Shown: in pieces, positions 29,195-40,131 of the stretch
Numbering within the stretch: the first letter of the stretch is position 1
Layout: every line of letters starts with the position of its first letter
DNA from: Syntrophorhabdaceae bacterium
Lineage (GTDB): Bacteria; Desulfobacterota; Syntrophorhabdia; Syntrophorhabdales; Syntrophorhabdaceae
Direction: 5' to 3'
Assembly (NCBI GenBank): GCA_963665295.1
Contig: OY762209.1
Coordinates: forward strand, 2,304,001-2,368,000
DNA: 64,000 nt
The notes under the pieces: generated by a model
What the model was told of the DNA's origin: nothing
Seen by the model: the letters and a program-made list of their open reading frames with translations, nothing else
Databases searched by the model: none
Made by a program: the position numbers and the translations under genes

Positions 29195-29669
29195 AGTCAA
29201 AAGATGTCACCGACCGACGAGGGAATGCCATTCGGTTCACGCAAGCGGCCACTACCTCAAACAAGTTTTATATTCCAATATTCCCCTTTTTTCAATAGAC
29301 TTTTCGGCAGTCGAATAGTCGTTGTCAAAGTCGTCAAGTATATCAACCATTTGCGTCGTTTTCAACAACATTGTGTTAGTTCTCCCGCATGGTATTCCGA
29401 CCTCTTTCTTCAAGAATCTTCTGCGGTCGTAACGCATTTCCCGCGGTTTTGCCCGCCACGCACCCCTTTGTCGCGGGCATATTGAGAGCACTGCCCGAAC
29501 CTTGCCTGCCGCAGAATATTTCCGGATAATTCCGGAAAGACCTTGAAAGGAAACCGGTCACTATACCGCGGCATCCATCAGGGCCTTGACGGCGTGACCC
29601 CGGATGAGGTTTACTGGAGAACCCGTTTACCCATAATCATTTGTTCGTAACAGAGGACAGCGACCGGAT

Positions 29670-30848
29670 ATGGAACCGTTAAACAAAAGGCAAATAGTCT
29701 TTCGAGTGACTGTCCCCATATTCTCTGTCGTTATTCTCCTGATAGCGTTGGAAATTTTCGCGAGACTCTATCTCGCGGTTTTTTCGTTGCCCCGGACACA
29801 CTACGACTTCCGGAAAGGGCGGCCGGCGCCATACTCTGATGCCGCCTATTTCTCCAAGGAATTCATATCCGAGTCATTTCGTCAGCCTGGAGGATGGCAG
29901 TACCCGAAAGGCACAGGGCTTATCATACCAAACGAATATAAGGGAACATACTTCAATGTCGTCAACGGCAGGAGATATACGGCATTTCAGCCCGAAACCC
30001 ACAGGAACACCGTGTACCTGTTCGGTGGTTCCTCAATCTATAACGCGGAGGTGCCCGACGATCTTACGGTGGCCAGTCAGTTGCAGCTATTGCTTAACAC
30101 GCATTACGGAGACAGGTATGTAGTTCAGAACTACGGCACCCACACGGTTACGGTTGTTCAGCAACTTGAACGCCTCAAGACATGTTCACCCCAACCGGGT
30201 GATGTTGTGATATTTTATGACGGTGTCAATGACATATCCATGGGACTATTCTACGCGAATTCCGAAAGGACCATGCTTCAGAGAAACAGGCGGACCATTG
30301 AAGGCATGTCGCTTTTTCGCAGATTTATGTTCGCCTTATCCCGCAGGTCAAAATTTGCCGAGGTATTTTTCGATCCGGTGGATCGTTCCATCCCTCCTCA
30401 TTTTTCGGACGATGCCCTCATGAAGGAACTCCGCGCTTCGATGAAATTTCGATTCAGGAAGGCCATAGAAGAGGCCGACGACTATTCGGGCAAAAGGAAA
30501 GCCGTATTTATCCATTTTCTACAACCCCATCTGTTTGCCCATGAAAGGATGTCGGAATACGAGACGCAATTGTCCGGGAACTTTTTCATCGTTCCCAGGG
30601 GCATAAGAGAATCATTGCTTATGGGATATCCGGAACTGAAGGCGGCGACAAGGGAGCTTTCCCCTTCCATCCCCTGCTACGACCTGTCAGGCGTTCTGAA
30701 TGAGCGACCGGATAAGGAAGAGTATTTTCTTGACAGTTGTCATGTTACGCATAAGGCGAACCGGATAATAGCGGGAAAGATATTCGATTCATTACACGAT
30801 GTCGTTTCCCGGGATACACGCAAGAAGCAAAGAGGTATTTCGGGATAA
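29670..30848 (+). CDS. Membrane-anchored SGNH/GDSL-type hydrolase
   Basis: N-terminal TM, LFGGSS (block I), FYDGVND (block III), FLDSCH (DxxH). Confidence 0.78.
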   Translation: MEPLNKRQIVFRVTVPIFSVVILLIALEIFARLYLAVFSLPRTHYDFRKGRPAPYSDAAYFSKEFISESFRQPGGWQYPKGTGLIIPNEYKGTYFNVVNGRRYTAFQPETHRNTVYLFGGSSIYNAEVPDDLTVASQLQLLLNTHYGDRYVVQNYGTHTVTVVQQLERLKTCSPQPGDVVIFYDGVNDISMGLFYANSERTMLQRNRRTIEGMSLFRRFMFALSRRSKFAEVFFDPVDRSIPPHFSDDALMKELRASMKFRFRKAIEEADDYSGKRKAVFIHFLQPHLFAHERMSEYETQLSGNFFIVPRGIRESLLMGYPELKAATRELSPSIPCYDLSGVLNERPDKEEYFLDSCHVTHKANRIIAGKIFDSLHDVVSRDTRKKQRGISG

Positions 30849-31034
30849 GGGAGGGCCGGTTCCACTTCCGGTCCCATGAGCGTCTCCCCCGTTCTTTCCA
30901 TGTTTTCCGGTGGAGCATCTTAAAGAGCACGGGAAAGGGAACTGCATGAGCGCCCGCGCAATGCTTGCCGATCTTACGAAAATGATTGGTGATGCGTCAA
31001 ATGCGCACTTGCCGGCTACGGCATACGAAGTTAT

Positions 31035-31063
31035 TTGACTTTTTTTAATATTTTTTATACCAT
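31035..31063 (+). promoter_or_regulatory. sigma70-like promoter upstream of the DUF465-ilv operon
   Basis: TTGACT, 17 bp AT-rich spacer, TACCAT. Confidence 0.55.
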
Positions 31064-31239
31064 ACTGTCAGTTAACCTGAATGAAAAAGGCGTTTTGTGC
31101 CCTATAAATCCTGGACAATATGGACGGCTTCCTTATGGCAATCAGCCGCACAGCGTCATACACACGAGGGCGACGCATCCCTGTGCTTTTTAATAGAGGG
31201 GCATGAAACTGCTAATCCGGTTTTCAAGGGGAGAAGAGA

Positions 31240-31434
31240 ATGACCGATCAGGGAGAGAAGAGCAAAGAGGATATTTTTACCAATGCAAAGGAGCAACATG
31301 CGGCTCTTGACAGCCGTCTGCAGATGTTGCTCAAGAAACCTTATCTTTCAGTGGATGAAGAGATGGAGGTAAAGGTCCTGAAGAAGAAAAAGCTTTATTT
31401 CAAGGACCTTATGGAAAAAGCGAGTAAAGATTAG
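31240..31434 (+). CDS. DUF465/YdcH-family small coiled-coil protein
   Basis: H..LD..L..L.K..YLS.DEE.E...LKKKKL..KD pattern; directly upstream of ilvB. Confidence 0.8.
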   Translation: MTDQGEKSKEDIFTNAKEQHAALDSRLQMLLKKPYLSVDEEMEVKVLKKKKLYFKDLMEKASKD

Positions 31435-31450
31435 AAGAGGTGAAAGTTAA

Positions 31451-33142
31451 TTGAAGAAGAGCGGCTCACAGATCTTTGTGGAAGCACTGAAGGCAGAGGG
31501 CATCGACACCCTGTTTTGCTACCCCGGCGGCGCCACTCTCAATATAACCGACGCCCTCAGCAGTTCCGATATAAGACAGATCGTGGTAAGACACGAGCAG
31601 GCGGCGGTTCACGCGGCGGACGGATATGCGCGGGCGTCCGGCAGGGTGGGAGTTTCTCTGGTGACATCCGGTCCGGGGGCGACGAACACGGTAACGGGCA
31701 TCGCCACGGCCTACATGGATTCCATTCCCCTCGTCATCTTCTCGTGTCAGGTGCCTACCATGCTTATAGGGAACGACGCGTTCCAGGAAGCGGACATCGT
31801 GGGAATTACGAGGCCGTGCACCAAGCACAGTTACCTTGTGAAGGACGTGAAGGACCTGACCAGGATCATGAAGGAGGCCTTTTATATCGCGGAATCAGGA
31901 AGGCCGGGTCCGGTTCTCGTGGATATACCGAAGGACGTATCGGCGGCCCTCGGGGAATTCAAATACCCCGATAAAGTGAATATCCGGAGCTACCAGCCGA
32001 CCTACATCGGTCACGTGGGCCAGATCAAGAAAGCGCTGAAGATGATCGCCTCCTGCAAGAAGCCCGTGCTTTATACCGGCGGGGGTATAATCTCCTCCGG
32101 GGCTTCGGCGGAACTCCTCAGATTCGCGGAGACTCTCTCCATCCCCGTAGTAAATACTCTCATGGGCCTTGGAGGTTTCCCGGGAGACCATCCCCTGTTC
32201 CTCGGTATGCTCGGAATGCACGGGACCTACGCGGCGAATATGGCCATAATGGAGTCGGACGTGGTTATCGCCGTGGGAGCCCGCTTTGACGACAGGGCTA
32301 CAGGGAAGGTCGACGAGTTCGCGCCCCATGCAAAGATTGTTCACGTGGATATAGATCCCACGTCCATCAGCAAGAATATAAAGGTCGATATACCCATTGT
32401 GGGCGATTCGAAACATGTGCTCAGGAAGATGATCGAACTGGCCGTGGCGGACAAGGAAACCTTCGGAGAGTACCCGTCCCATATTTCCCAATGGATTCGT
32501 GCGACGGAGCAATGGAAGGAACAATATCCCCTCACTTACGTGAAGAACGGCGCTCTCAAGCCCCAGTATGTGATTGAAAGGATACACGATATCACCGGGG
32601 GCAACGCGGTGATAACCACTGAGGTGGGCCAGAACCAGATGTGGACGGCGCAGTTTTACAAGTTCCACAAACCGAGGACCTTCATCACGTCGGGCGGCCT
32701 CGGCACCATGGGATTCGGGTTTCCCGCAGGGATAGGCGCCCAGGTGGCCTTTCCCGACGCCCTTGTGGTGGACATTGCGGGTGACGGGAGTATCCAGATG
32801 AACATCCAGGAGCTTGCCACCGCGGTCCAGTACGGCCTCCCCGTCAAGGTAGTGATACTGAACAACGGTTTCCTCGGCATGGTGAGGCAGTGGCAGGAGC
32901 TTTTTTACGAAAAGAGATATACGTGGACGCGCATGCAATATGCCCCCGATTTTGTAAAGATCGCAGAGGCTTACGGGGCGGCGGGCTACAGGATAGATAA
33001 AGAGGAGGACGTGGACTCTGTGCTCACGGAGGCGTTCCGGAACAACAGGCCTACATTCATAGACGTCCTCGTGAATCCTGAGGAGTCCGTCTATCCTATG
33101 GTGCCCGCAGGAGCACCGCTTAGCGAAATGCTTCTCGTCTAG
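31451..33142 (+). CDS. ilvB: Acetolactate synthase large subunit
   Basis: [35 protein letters not shown], ThDP motif GDGS...NN; TTG start. Confidence 0.97.
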   Translation: MKKSGSQIFVEALKAEGIDTLFCYPGGATLNITDALSSSDIRQIVVRHEQAAVHAADGYARASGRVGVSLVTSGPGATNTVTGIATAYMDSIPLVIFSCQVPTMLIGNDAFQEADIVGITRPCTKHSYLVKDVKDLTRIMKEAFYIAESGRPGPVLVDIPKDVSAALGEFKYPDKVNIRSYQPTYIGHVGQIKKALKMIASCKKPVLYTGGGIISSGASAELLRFAETLSIPVVNTLMGLGGFPGDHPLFLGMLGMHGTYAANMAIMESDVVIAVGARFDDRATGKVDEFAPHAKIVHVDIDPTSISKNIKVDIPIVGDSKHVLRKMIELAVADKETFGEYPSHISQWIRATEQWKEQYPLTYVKNGALKPQYVIERIHDITGGNAVITTEVGQNQMWTAQFYKFHKPRTFITSGGLGTMGFGFPAGIGAQVAFPDALVVDIAGDGSIQMNIQELATAVQYGLPVKVVILNNGFLGMVRQWQELFYEKRYTWTRMQYAPDFVKIAEAYGAAGYRIDKEEDVDSVLTEAFRNNRPTFIDVLVNPEESVYPMVPAGAPLSEMLLV

Positions 33143-33151
33143 GAGGATTGT

Positions 33152-33691
33152 TTGAGACATATAGTATCTGTGCTTGTAGAGAACGAATTCGGTGTGCTCT
33201 CGAGGGTCGCGGGTCTCTTCAGCGGCAGGGGGTTCAATATCGAGAGCCTGTGCGTGGCGGAAACCCTCGATCCCACGATTTCCACCATGACCATCGTGAC
33301 CACGGGAAACGATGCGATCATAGAGCAGGTGTTGAAACAGTTGAACAAACTGATCAACGTGATAAAGGTAGTCGATTTCAAGGACAAGGACTATGTTTCC
33401 AGGGAAATGGTGCTTGTCAAGGTGAGTGCGGACGAGAGGGTGCGGGAAGAAGTTCTCCGGATGGTTGAGATATTCCGCGGCAGGATCATAGATGTGTCCC
33501 CCAGGACCTACACGATAATGATAACGGGCGATGAAGCGAAGATAGCGGCCTTTCTCGCGCTTATCAAGCCGCTCGGGATCAAGGAGCTTGTAAGGACCGG
33601 TCCTATCGCTATGATAAGGGGAGACAAGACAACAAAGATGAGAGAAAAACATTCCAAAGGAGGAGAAGAAGATGGCCAAGATGTACTATGA
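33152..33691 (+). CDS. ilvN: Acetolactate synthase small subunit
   Basis: ACT domain [40 protein letters not shown]. Confidence 0.96.
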   Translation: MRHIVSVLVENEFGVLSRVAGLFSGRGFNIESLCVAETLDPTISTMTIVTTGNDAIIEQVLKQLNKLINVIKVVDFKDKDYVSREMVLVKVSADERVREEVLRMVEIFRGRIIDVSPRTYTIMITGDEAKIAAFLALIKPLGIKELVRTGPIAMIRGDKTTKMREKHSKGGEEDGQDVL

Positions 33692-34670
33692 CAAGGATGC
33701 GGACCTTGCTGTCTTAAAGGGCGTAAAGGTTGCGATCATCGGATACGGAAGCCAGGGACACGCGCAGGCCCAGAACTTGAGGGACAGCGGGGTAGAGGTA
33801 ATCGTGGCGGAGCTTGAAGGAACGCCCAACTACAAGATAGCCCAGGACCACGGTTTCAAGCCCGTAAGCGCCGCAAAGGCCTCGAAGGAAGCGGGGGTCA
33901 TCCAGATCCTTGCCCAGGACAACCTTCAGGCACAACTCTATAACGACGAGATAAAACAGAACCTCAAGAAGGGCAAGACCCTCGTATTTTCTCACGGGTT
34001 CAACATTCATTACAGCCAGATCGTCCCGCCGCCCGATATCGACGTGATCATGGTGGCCCCAAAAGGCCCGGGGCACCTCGTAAGAAGGGAATATGAGAGG
34101 GGCGCCGGCGTGCCTTCCCTCATCGCCGTGTATCAGGATTTTTCGAAGAAGGCCAAGAAGAAAGCCCTCGCCTATGCGAAGGGAATCGGCGCAACAAGGG
34201 CCGGCGTTCTGGAGACCACCTTCGCGGAAGAGACCGAGACGGACCTTTTCGGCGAGCAGGCAGTCCTTTGCGGCGGTGCATCGGAACTTGTGAAAGCAGG
34301 GTTCGACACACTTGTCGAAGCAGGCTACCAGCCGGAGATCGCCTATTTCGAGTGCCTCCACGAGCTGAAACTTATCGTCGACCTCATGTATGAAGGCGGC
34401 ATTTCCTATATGCGTTATTCCATCAGCGACACGGCGGAATACGGTGACATCACGAGAGGCAAGAGAGTAGTCTCCGACGAGACGCGTGAAGAGATGAGAC
34501 AGATCCTCGACGAGATCAGGACCGGCGAATTCGCGAGGGAATGGATCCTCGAGAACATGTGCGGAAGACCCGTGTACAACTCACTGAAAAGAATTGAGGG
34601 CGAGCACCTCATTGAAGAAGTGGGAGAGAAACTGAGAAGCATGATGGGCTGGATCAGGAGAAAAGATTGA
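33672..34670 (+). CDS. ilvC: Ketol-acid reductoisomerase
   Basis: [43 protein letters not shown]. Confidence 0.98.
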   Translation: MAKMYYDKDADLAVLKGVKVAIIGYGSQGHAQAQNLRDSGVEVIVAELEGTPNYKIAQDHGFKPVSAAKASKEAGVIQILAQDNLQAQLYNDEIKQNLKKGKTLVFSHGFNIHYSQIVPPPDIDVIMVAPKGPGHLVRREYERGAGVPSLIAVYQDFSKKAKKKALAYAKGIGATRAGVLETTFAEETETDLFGEQAVLCGGASELVKAGFDTLVEAGYQPEIAYFECLHELKLIVDLMYEGGISYMRYSISDTAEYGDITRGKRVVSDETREEMRQILDEIRTGEFAREWILENMCGRPVYNSLKRIEGEHLIEEVGEKLRSMMGWIRRKD

Positions 34671-35350
34671 AAGAACCGCTGATCGCAAGGGAAGGGCTGC
34701 GTTTTCTGGTCCCTTCCCTTGTTCTTTTTGTTGTTTTTTGCGCGCTTCGCTATTCGACCCTGTCCCTGGTCTGTTTTTTGTTTACCTTGTTTTTCCTGTT
34801 TTTTTTCCGAAACCCCAAGCGGGTCATCAGGGATGAGGAAGGGGTTTTTATCTCCCCTGCCGACGGGAAGGTGGTGGAGATCAGGGACGTTTCGGGCGGA
34901 GAGTTTCTGGACGGGGAACGGACGAAGATCGGCATATTCATGTCTCCCTTCGACGTTCACGTGAACAGAGCCCCCTGCTCCGGACGTGTCACCACGGTCC
35001 AGCACAGGGACGGCGCATTCGCCATGGCGTTCAAGAAGGATATAGACCAGGTAAACGAGAGGAACTATATTCTTATAGAGAGCGGGGCGGACAAGATCCT
35101 TATGGTGCAGATCGCGGGGTTTCTCGCCCGTCGCATCACGTGTTACGTGAAGGGCGGGGACATGGTGAAGAAAGGCGAGCGGGTCGGCATCATCTCCTTC
35201 GGCTCGAGGGTTGACATTTATCTACCAAAAGGATATGAACCAATGGTAGACTTACAGGAGAAGGTGAGAGGCGGGGTAACCACTCTCGCACGAAAAAGGC
35301 CGGACACCCATGAAGCGGCTTCCGTCGCGAAAGGCGCGGTTGACGCGTGA
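34667..35350 (+). CDS. psd: Phosphatidylserine decarboxylase proenzyme
   Basis: [30 protein letters not shown] self-cleavage site. Confidence 0.95.
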   Translation: MKEPLIAREGLRFLVPSLVLFVVFCALRYSTLSLVCFLFTLFFLFFFRNPKRVIRDEEGVFISPADGKVVEIRDVSGGEFLDGERTKIGIFMSPFDVHVNRAPCSGRVTTVQHRDGAFAMAFKKDIDQVNERNYILIESGADKILMVQIAGFLARRITCYVKGGDMVKKGERVGIISFGSRVDIYLPKGYEPMVDLQEKVRGGVTTLARKRPDTHEAASVAKGAVDA

Positions 35351-35383
35351 GGATTCGTGTCACGGCGAGAAAGGGGGCTTAAG

Positions 35384-36154
35384 ATGAGACGAAGAAAAGG
35401 TAAAGGCATCTACATTCTGCCGAATCTGTTGACGTCGATCAGTCTCTTTGCGGGTTTTTATTCAATGGTTGCCACCATCGACAGGAAGTTCACCCATGCC
35501 GCGGTGGCCATCTTCGTGTCCGCCATCTTCGACCTGCTGGACGGCAGGGTGGCGAGGATGACGGGTTCAAGCAGCAAATTCGGGGTCGAATACGATTCCC
35601 TTTCCGACGTGATAGCCTTCGGCGTCGCGCCCGGGCTACTCGCCTACATGTGGGCATTGAAAGGCTATGGACGGTTCGGATGGCTTGCCGCCTTCCTCTT
35701 CGTGGCGTGCGGAGCGCTCCGGCTTGCGAGGTTCAATGTCCAGGTCGACAACGTGCAGAAAAAACAGTTTCTCGGACTTCCCATTCCGGCAGCGGCCGCG
35801 GTGATCGCCGGGAGCGTGCTCTTCTATGCATGGCTCGGTTTTCCGGGAGAACTCAAGATGGTCGCCATGCCCATCCTTGTGTATATCCTTGCCTTCCTCA
35901 TGGTAAGCGATGTCAGGTATTACAGCTTCAAAGAGATGGGGTTCTTCAAAGGAAGGCCTTTCCGGTCGACCGTGGTGGCGATTATGCTTCTCGTGATAAT
36001 CTCTATCGAGCCTCAGATCACGCTCTTCGCAGGAACCCTCCTCTACGCCCTTTCAGGCCCCGTATATACCGTGGTGAGGAGAAAGAAGATCATCCTGGAG
36101 AATGCGGTTCAGAATCAGCAGAAAGAAACTCCAGCAGATCGAGATGGTCATTGA
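35384..36154 (+). CDS. pssA: CDP-diacylglycerol--serine O-phosphatidyltransferase
   Basis: LPNLLT, DLLDGRVAR...FGVEYDSLSDVIAFG, ALRLARFN, FLGLPIPAAA. Confidence 0.95.
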   Translation: MRRRKGKGIYILPNLLTSISLFAGFYSMVATIDRKFTHAAVAIFVSAIFDLLDGRVARMTGSSSKFGVEYDSLSDVIAFGVAPGLLAYMWALKGYGRFGWLAAFLFVACGALRLARFNVQVDNVQKKQFLGLPIPAAAAVIAGSVLFYAWLGFPGELKMVAMPILVYILAFLMVSDVRYYSFKEMGFFKGRPFRSTVVAIMLLVIISIEPQITLFAGTLLYALSGPVYTVVRRKKIILENAVQNQQKETPADRDGH

Positions 36155-36752
36155 TTAGACCGTCCTCGGCGATGGCATCGTTTTTGTAAGCGATGAAGCG
36201 GATACCCGCGGTAACCGCGGTGTCTCTGTCCACATCGGAATCCCCCAGGAAGAGGACGCACTCCTTGTCCAACTGAAGGGCTTCAAGTATCTTTTGCGCG
36301 GAGCCGGGGTGAGGCTTGGGGTGTTTCACGTCCAGGGCGGTGACCACCATATCGAAATGAGGCGTAAGCCCGAACTTTTCCATGACATATACCATTGAAG
36401 TGGTCCTGTTCGTGCATATCGCCCTCTTTATTCCTCTTTCCTTCAGAATGGCAAGGGTTTCGAGAAGATGGGGCTCCATTTTGAGATACACGATGAAGTC
36501 CCTGAAATCAACCCGTTTCAGGATCTCCAGGGCCCGTTTCTCCAGATCGTGGTCATAGTCAAAGAGCCTGTGTATCGCTTCGTACACCGTGTGGGTATGG
36601 CAGTAGCCGAGTTCCTCGGAGGTAAGCGGTCCCCTCCCGGCCTCTTCGGCTATTCTGTTGTACAGTCTCCTGTTCGCATCGAGGGAATCAAAGAGAACAC
36701 CATCGCAATCATATATGACACACTCGACACGTCCCGGTCTCTTGGCCGACAT
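36090..36752 (-). CDS. HAD-superfamily phosphatase (PGP-like)
   Basis: YDCDGVLFDS, TNR, KPHP, LGDSDVD; start 36752 or 36773. Confidence 0.9.
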   Translation of the reverse strand: MSAKRPGRVECVIYDCDGVLFDSLDANRRLYNRIAEEAGRGPLTSEELGYCHTHTVYEAIHRLFDYDHDLEKRALEILKRVDFRDFIVYLKMEPHLLETLAILKERGIKRAICTNRTTSMVYVMEKFGLTPHFDMVVTALDVKHPKPHPGSAQKILEALQLDKECVLFLGDSDVDRDTAVTAGIRFIAYKNDAIAEDGLINDHLDLLEFLSADSEPHSPG

Positions 36753-36956
36753 ACACACCTCTATCGCCGTCAACGTCTGATTTTGCCCGATTGTTCCAAT
36801 CTTTTTGAACGATTAGGAGCACGAGGACCCGTTGCCGATCGCTAACTGCTATGATTTAAATATTATTCGGCAAAAAATCAAGGAGAAAATCTGTATTTAA
36901 ATCGATGAAGATGTGCTACAATAACCTTTAGAATAAAGCCTAGGAGGTAAGTAATT

Positions 36957-37427
36957 ATGATCAGCGTTTCTATTCCTGGATGGGGGGACCTCGATATAGA
37001 GTACCTAGTGGTCGACTATAACGGGACGTGCGCGTTCGACGGGAAGCTGAAAGAAGGCGTGAAGGACATAATGGAGAAAGTCTCCAGGTACATAAAGGTT
37101 TTTATAATAACGGCAGATAGTTACGGTAATATAGACAATGAAGGCGGCACCTTAGGCTTCAGCGTCATCAAGGTCGGGAAAGATCAGAGCGGCAAGGAAA
37201 AGGCGAGGATCATCAAGGAACTCGGTCCCGAGAAGGTGGTTGCCATAGGAAACGGCGCGAACGACGCCATGATGTTGAAGGAAGCTGCCCTGGGTATCGG
37301 GGTCATAGGCGGTGAAGGATGTTCCGCCCTGATTATAAAAGAAGCAGATCTCATCGTGAATGACGTAGTCGATGCATTCGGCGTCATTCTCCATCCGGAA
37401 AGACTGGTAGCCACACTGAGAGATTAG
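36957..37427 (+). CDS. Soluble P-type ATPase-like HAD hydrolase
   Basis: IPG...I..LVVDYNGT.A.DG, TADSYG, IGNGANDAMML, RLVATLR; AGGAGG RBS. Confidence 0.88.
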   Translation: MISVSIPGWGDLDIEYLVVDYNGTCAFDGKLKEGVKDIMEKVSRYIKVFIITADSYGNIDNEGGTLGFSVIKVGKDQSGKEKARIIKELGPEKVVAIGNGANDAMMLKEAALGIGVIGGEGCSALIIKEADLIVNDVVDAFGVILHPERLVATLRD

Positions 37428-37493
37428 TCTTCGGGACGGTGCCCCGGGGTAGAACCTTCCTTTCGGCCTGCCCTCAGGCAGGCTCCGTACGTG

Positions 37494-37522
37494 TGGCAAA
37501 AATCCACCCAATATGATAAGAT
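37494..37522 (+). promoter_or_regulatory. sigma70-like extended -10 promoter of secA (leaderless geometry)
   Basis: TGGCAA, 17 bp ending TGA, TAAGAT, then 6 nt to ATG 37529; no SD. Confidence 0.5.
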
Positions 37523-37528
37523 ATCGAC

Positions 37529-40129
37529 ATGATTAGTAAATTATTGAAAAAAATTGTAGGAACCAAGAATGAGCGGGAACTGAAGAGGATTCAGCCCCTC
37601 GTCGAGGCGACGCGCACCTTCGAGGAGCGGTTTAAAGGCCTCTCCGACGAGGAACTGCGCGCCATGACTCCCCACTTCAGGGAAAGGATCGCGAACGGTG
37701 AGGACCTCGATTCGCTTCTTCCCGAGGCATTTGCGGTAGTGCGGGAGACCGCCGGCCGGACCGTGAGGATGAGGCATTTCGATGCCCAGGTCATTGGAGG
37801 CATCGTACTCCATGAAGGCAAGATCGCGGAAATGGCGACAGGCGAAGGCAAGACCCTTGTGGCCACGCTTCCCGTGTATCTCAACGCCCTCGCGGGCTTG
37901 GGGGTCCACGTGGTGACCGTCAACGATTACCTCGCAAAAAGGGACGCTGCGTGGATGGGTCCGGTGTACAAGTTTCTCGGACTTTCCGTAGACACGGTGG
38001 TCCACGGCCTCGATGACGACGAGAGAAGGATAGCCTATGGCTGCGACGTAACCTACGGCACGAACAACGAGTTCGGGTTCGATTACCTGAGGGACAACAT
38101 GAAGTACGGTCTCGATGAGTTGAGCCAGAGGGAATTCAACTACGCCATAGTCGATGAGGTGGACAGCATACTCATTGACGAGGCGAGGACGCCGCTTATC
38201 ATCTCCGGCCCCGCGGAAGAGTCGACGGACAAGTATTACAAGATCAACCGCCTCATCTACCAGTTGCAGAAAGAGAAAGACTTCATGGTGGACGAGAAGG
38301 CAAAGACTGCCTATCTCACCGAGGACGGGGTCGCGAAGATAGAGAAGCTCATTAAGATCGAAAACCTTTATGATCCCAAGTACGTGGACTTCCTTCACCA
38401 TGTGAACCAGGCGTTGAAAGCTCACCAGATGTTCCAGCGCGATGTGGACTACATCGTCAAAGACGGCCAGGTGATCATAGTCGACGAGTTCACAGGGCGG
38501 CTCATGCCGGGCAGGCGGTTCAGCGACGGCATCCACCAGGCCCTCGAAGCAAAAGAGAACGTGAAGATCGAGCGTGAGAACCAGACCCTCGCCACTGTCA
38601 CGTTCCAGAACTACTTCAGGATGTACAAGAAACTCGCGGGCATGACCGGAACAGCGGACACGGAAGCCATGGAGTTCAAGAAGATATACAACCTCGACGT
38701 GATGGTCATACCCACCAACAGGGCCCTCATACGGTTGAATTCCCCGGACACGGTATACAGAACGGAGAAGGAGAAGTTCAAGGCCGTAATAAACGAGATA
38801 GAGGAGCACTACAAGAAAGGCAGACCCGTGCTTGTGGGAACCCTTTCTATAGACAAGTCGGAGAGAGTCTCCGAAATGCTGAAGCGAAGGGGTATCGCCC
38901 ATCATGTGCTGAATGCGAAGATCCATGAGCGTGAGGCGGAGATCGTAGCCCAGGCAGGCAGGTTGAAGGCCCTTACCATTTCGACGAACATGGCAGGCAG
39001 AGGAACGGATATCCTTCTCGGAGGCAACCCGGAATTCCTGGCCCTGTCCATGACCAAGGGCGAGAAGGACACGGAGGCATATGCCGAGGCCCTTGAGAAG
39101 GCCCGGAAGGTATGCGAGAAGGAAAAAGAAGAGGTTATAAAGCTCGGAGGTCTTCACATACTTGGAACGGAAAGGCATGAATCGAGGCGAATCGACAACC
39201 AGTTGAGGGGCCGTGCCGGAAGGCAGGGCGACCCCGGTTCTTCGAGGTTCTACGTCTCTCTCGAAGACGAGATCATGAGGCTCTTCGGTTCCGACAGGGT
39301 TTCGCCCATGCTCGCGAAGCTCGGCATGAGCGAGGATATGCCCATAGAGCACCCCTTCATCACGAAGGCCATAGAAAATGCCCAGATGCGCGTGGAAGGC
39401 CATAACTTCGAGATACGTAAATACCTCCTTGAGTATGACAACGTAATGAACAAGCAGCGCGAGACCGTGTACGGGATGCGCAAGGAGATCATGAAAGACA
39501 GTGATCTCAAGGAACGTATTCTCGACATGGTGGACGATGCATGCGAAGACATAGTTTATGAATGCGCCCCTGAAAAGGTGTATCAGGAAGAGTGGGACCT
39601 TGTGTCCCTGAAGAACAGGGTTTACGAGACCTTCTTCTTCCACATGGACCTTTCTCTTGAGCATGTGAAGGACCTGACCAGAGAGGGTCTTCTCGATCTG
39701 GTGAGGGAAAAGGTCATCACCGTCTATAACGATAAACAAAAGACTTTCGGAGAGGAAGACTTCAGGGCCATTGAGCACTTCATCACCCTCAATTCCCTCG
39801 ATAACCACTGGAAGGAACACCTTCTTTCCCTTGACCACCTGAAGGAAGGCATAGGCCTTCGCGGGTACGGCCAGAAAGACCCGTTGAGGGAATACCAGCG
39901 GGAGAGCTACGAGTTGTTCATCGACATGCTCGACAGGGTCAGGTACGATACACTGAAGAAGATGTTCGCGGTGCAGCCTGCCAAGGAGGAGCTTACCTAC
40001 GACGAGCCCATCATGTTCACCAACCGGGGCGGAGAGCAGCTTCCCGAGGAAAAGGAAAAGAAGATAGGCAGAAATGATCCCTGCCCCTGCGGCAGCGGTA
40101 AAAAATACAAGAGGTGTTGCGGAAAATAG
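37529..40129 (+). CDS. secA: Preprotein translocase ATPase SecA
   Basis: [41 protein letters not shown]-terminal [18 protein letters not shown]. Confidence 0.99.
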   Translation: MISKLLKKIVGTKNERELKRIQPLVEATRTFEERFKGLSDEELRAMTPHFRERIANGEDLDSLLPEAFAVVRETAGRTVRMRHFDAQVIGGIVLHEGKIAEMATGEGKTLVATLPVYLNALAGLGVHVVTVNDYLAKRDAAWMGPVYKFLGLSVDTVVHGLDDDERRIAYGCDVTYGTNNEFGFDYLRDNMKYGLDELSQREFNYAIVDEVDSILIDEARTPLIISGPAEESTDKYYKINRLIYQLQKEKDFMVDEKAKTAYLTEDGVAKIEKLIKIENLYDPKYVDFLHHVNQALKAHQMFQRDVDYIVKDGQVIIVDEFTGRLMPGRRFSDGIHQALEAKENVKIERENQTLATVTFQNYFRMYKKLAGMTGTADTEAMEFKKIYNLDVMVIPTNRALIRLNSPDTVYRTEKEKFKAVINEIEEHYKKGRPVLVGTLSIDKSERVSEMLKRRGIAHHVLNAKIHEREAEIVAQAGRLKALTISTNMAGRGTDILLGGNPEFLALSMTKGEKDTEAYAEALEKARKVCEKEKEEVIKLGGLHILGTERHESRRIDNQLRGRAGRQGDPGSSRFYVSLEDEIMRLFGSDRVSPMLAKLGMSEDMPIEHPFITKAIENAQMRVEGHNFEIRKYLLEYDNVMNKQRETVYGMRKEIMKDSDLKERILDMVDDACEDIVYECAPEKVYQEEWDLVSLKNRVYETFFFHMDLSLEHVKDLTREGLLDLVREKVITVYNDKQKTFGEEDFRAIEHFITLNSLDNHWKEHLLSLDHLKEGIGLRGYGQKDPLREYQRESYELFIDMLDRVRYDTLKKMFAVQPAKEELTYDEPIMFTNRGGEQLPEEKEKKIGRNDPCPCGSGKKYKRCCGK

Positions 40130-40131
40130 CT

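Noticed and set aside
29204..29561. Short ORFs and CGACT repeats upstream of arnT
   Set aside because: The ORFs lack RBS and protein-like features and overlap a likely promoter (TTGAAA-17-TATAAA, minus strand). The repeats are too short and irregular to call an operator.
24479..39838. Long antisense ORFs (24479-25819, 31895-33679, 37541-39838)
   Set aside because: Shadow frames of well-conserved genes (arnA, ilvBN, secA), expected from GC-biased codon usage, with no recognisable motifs.
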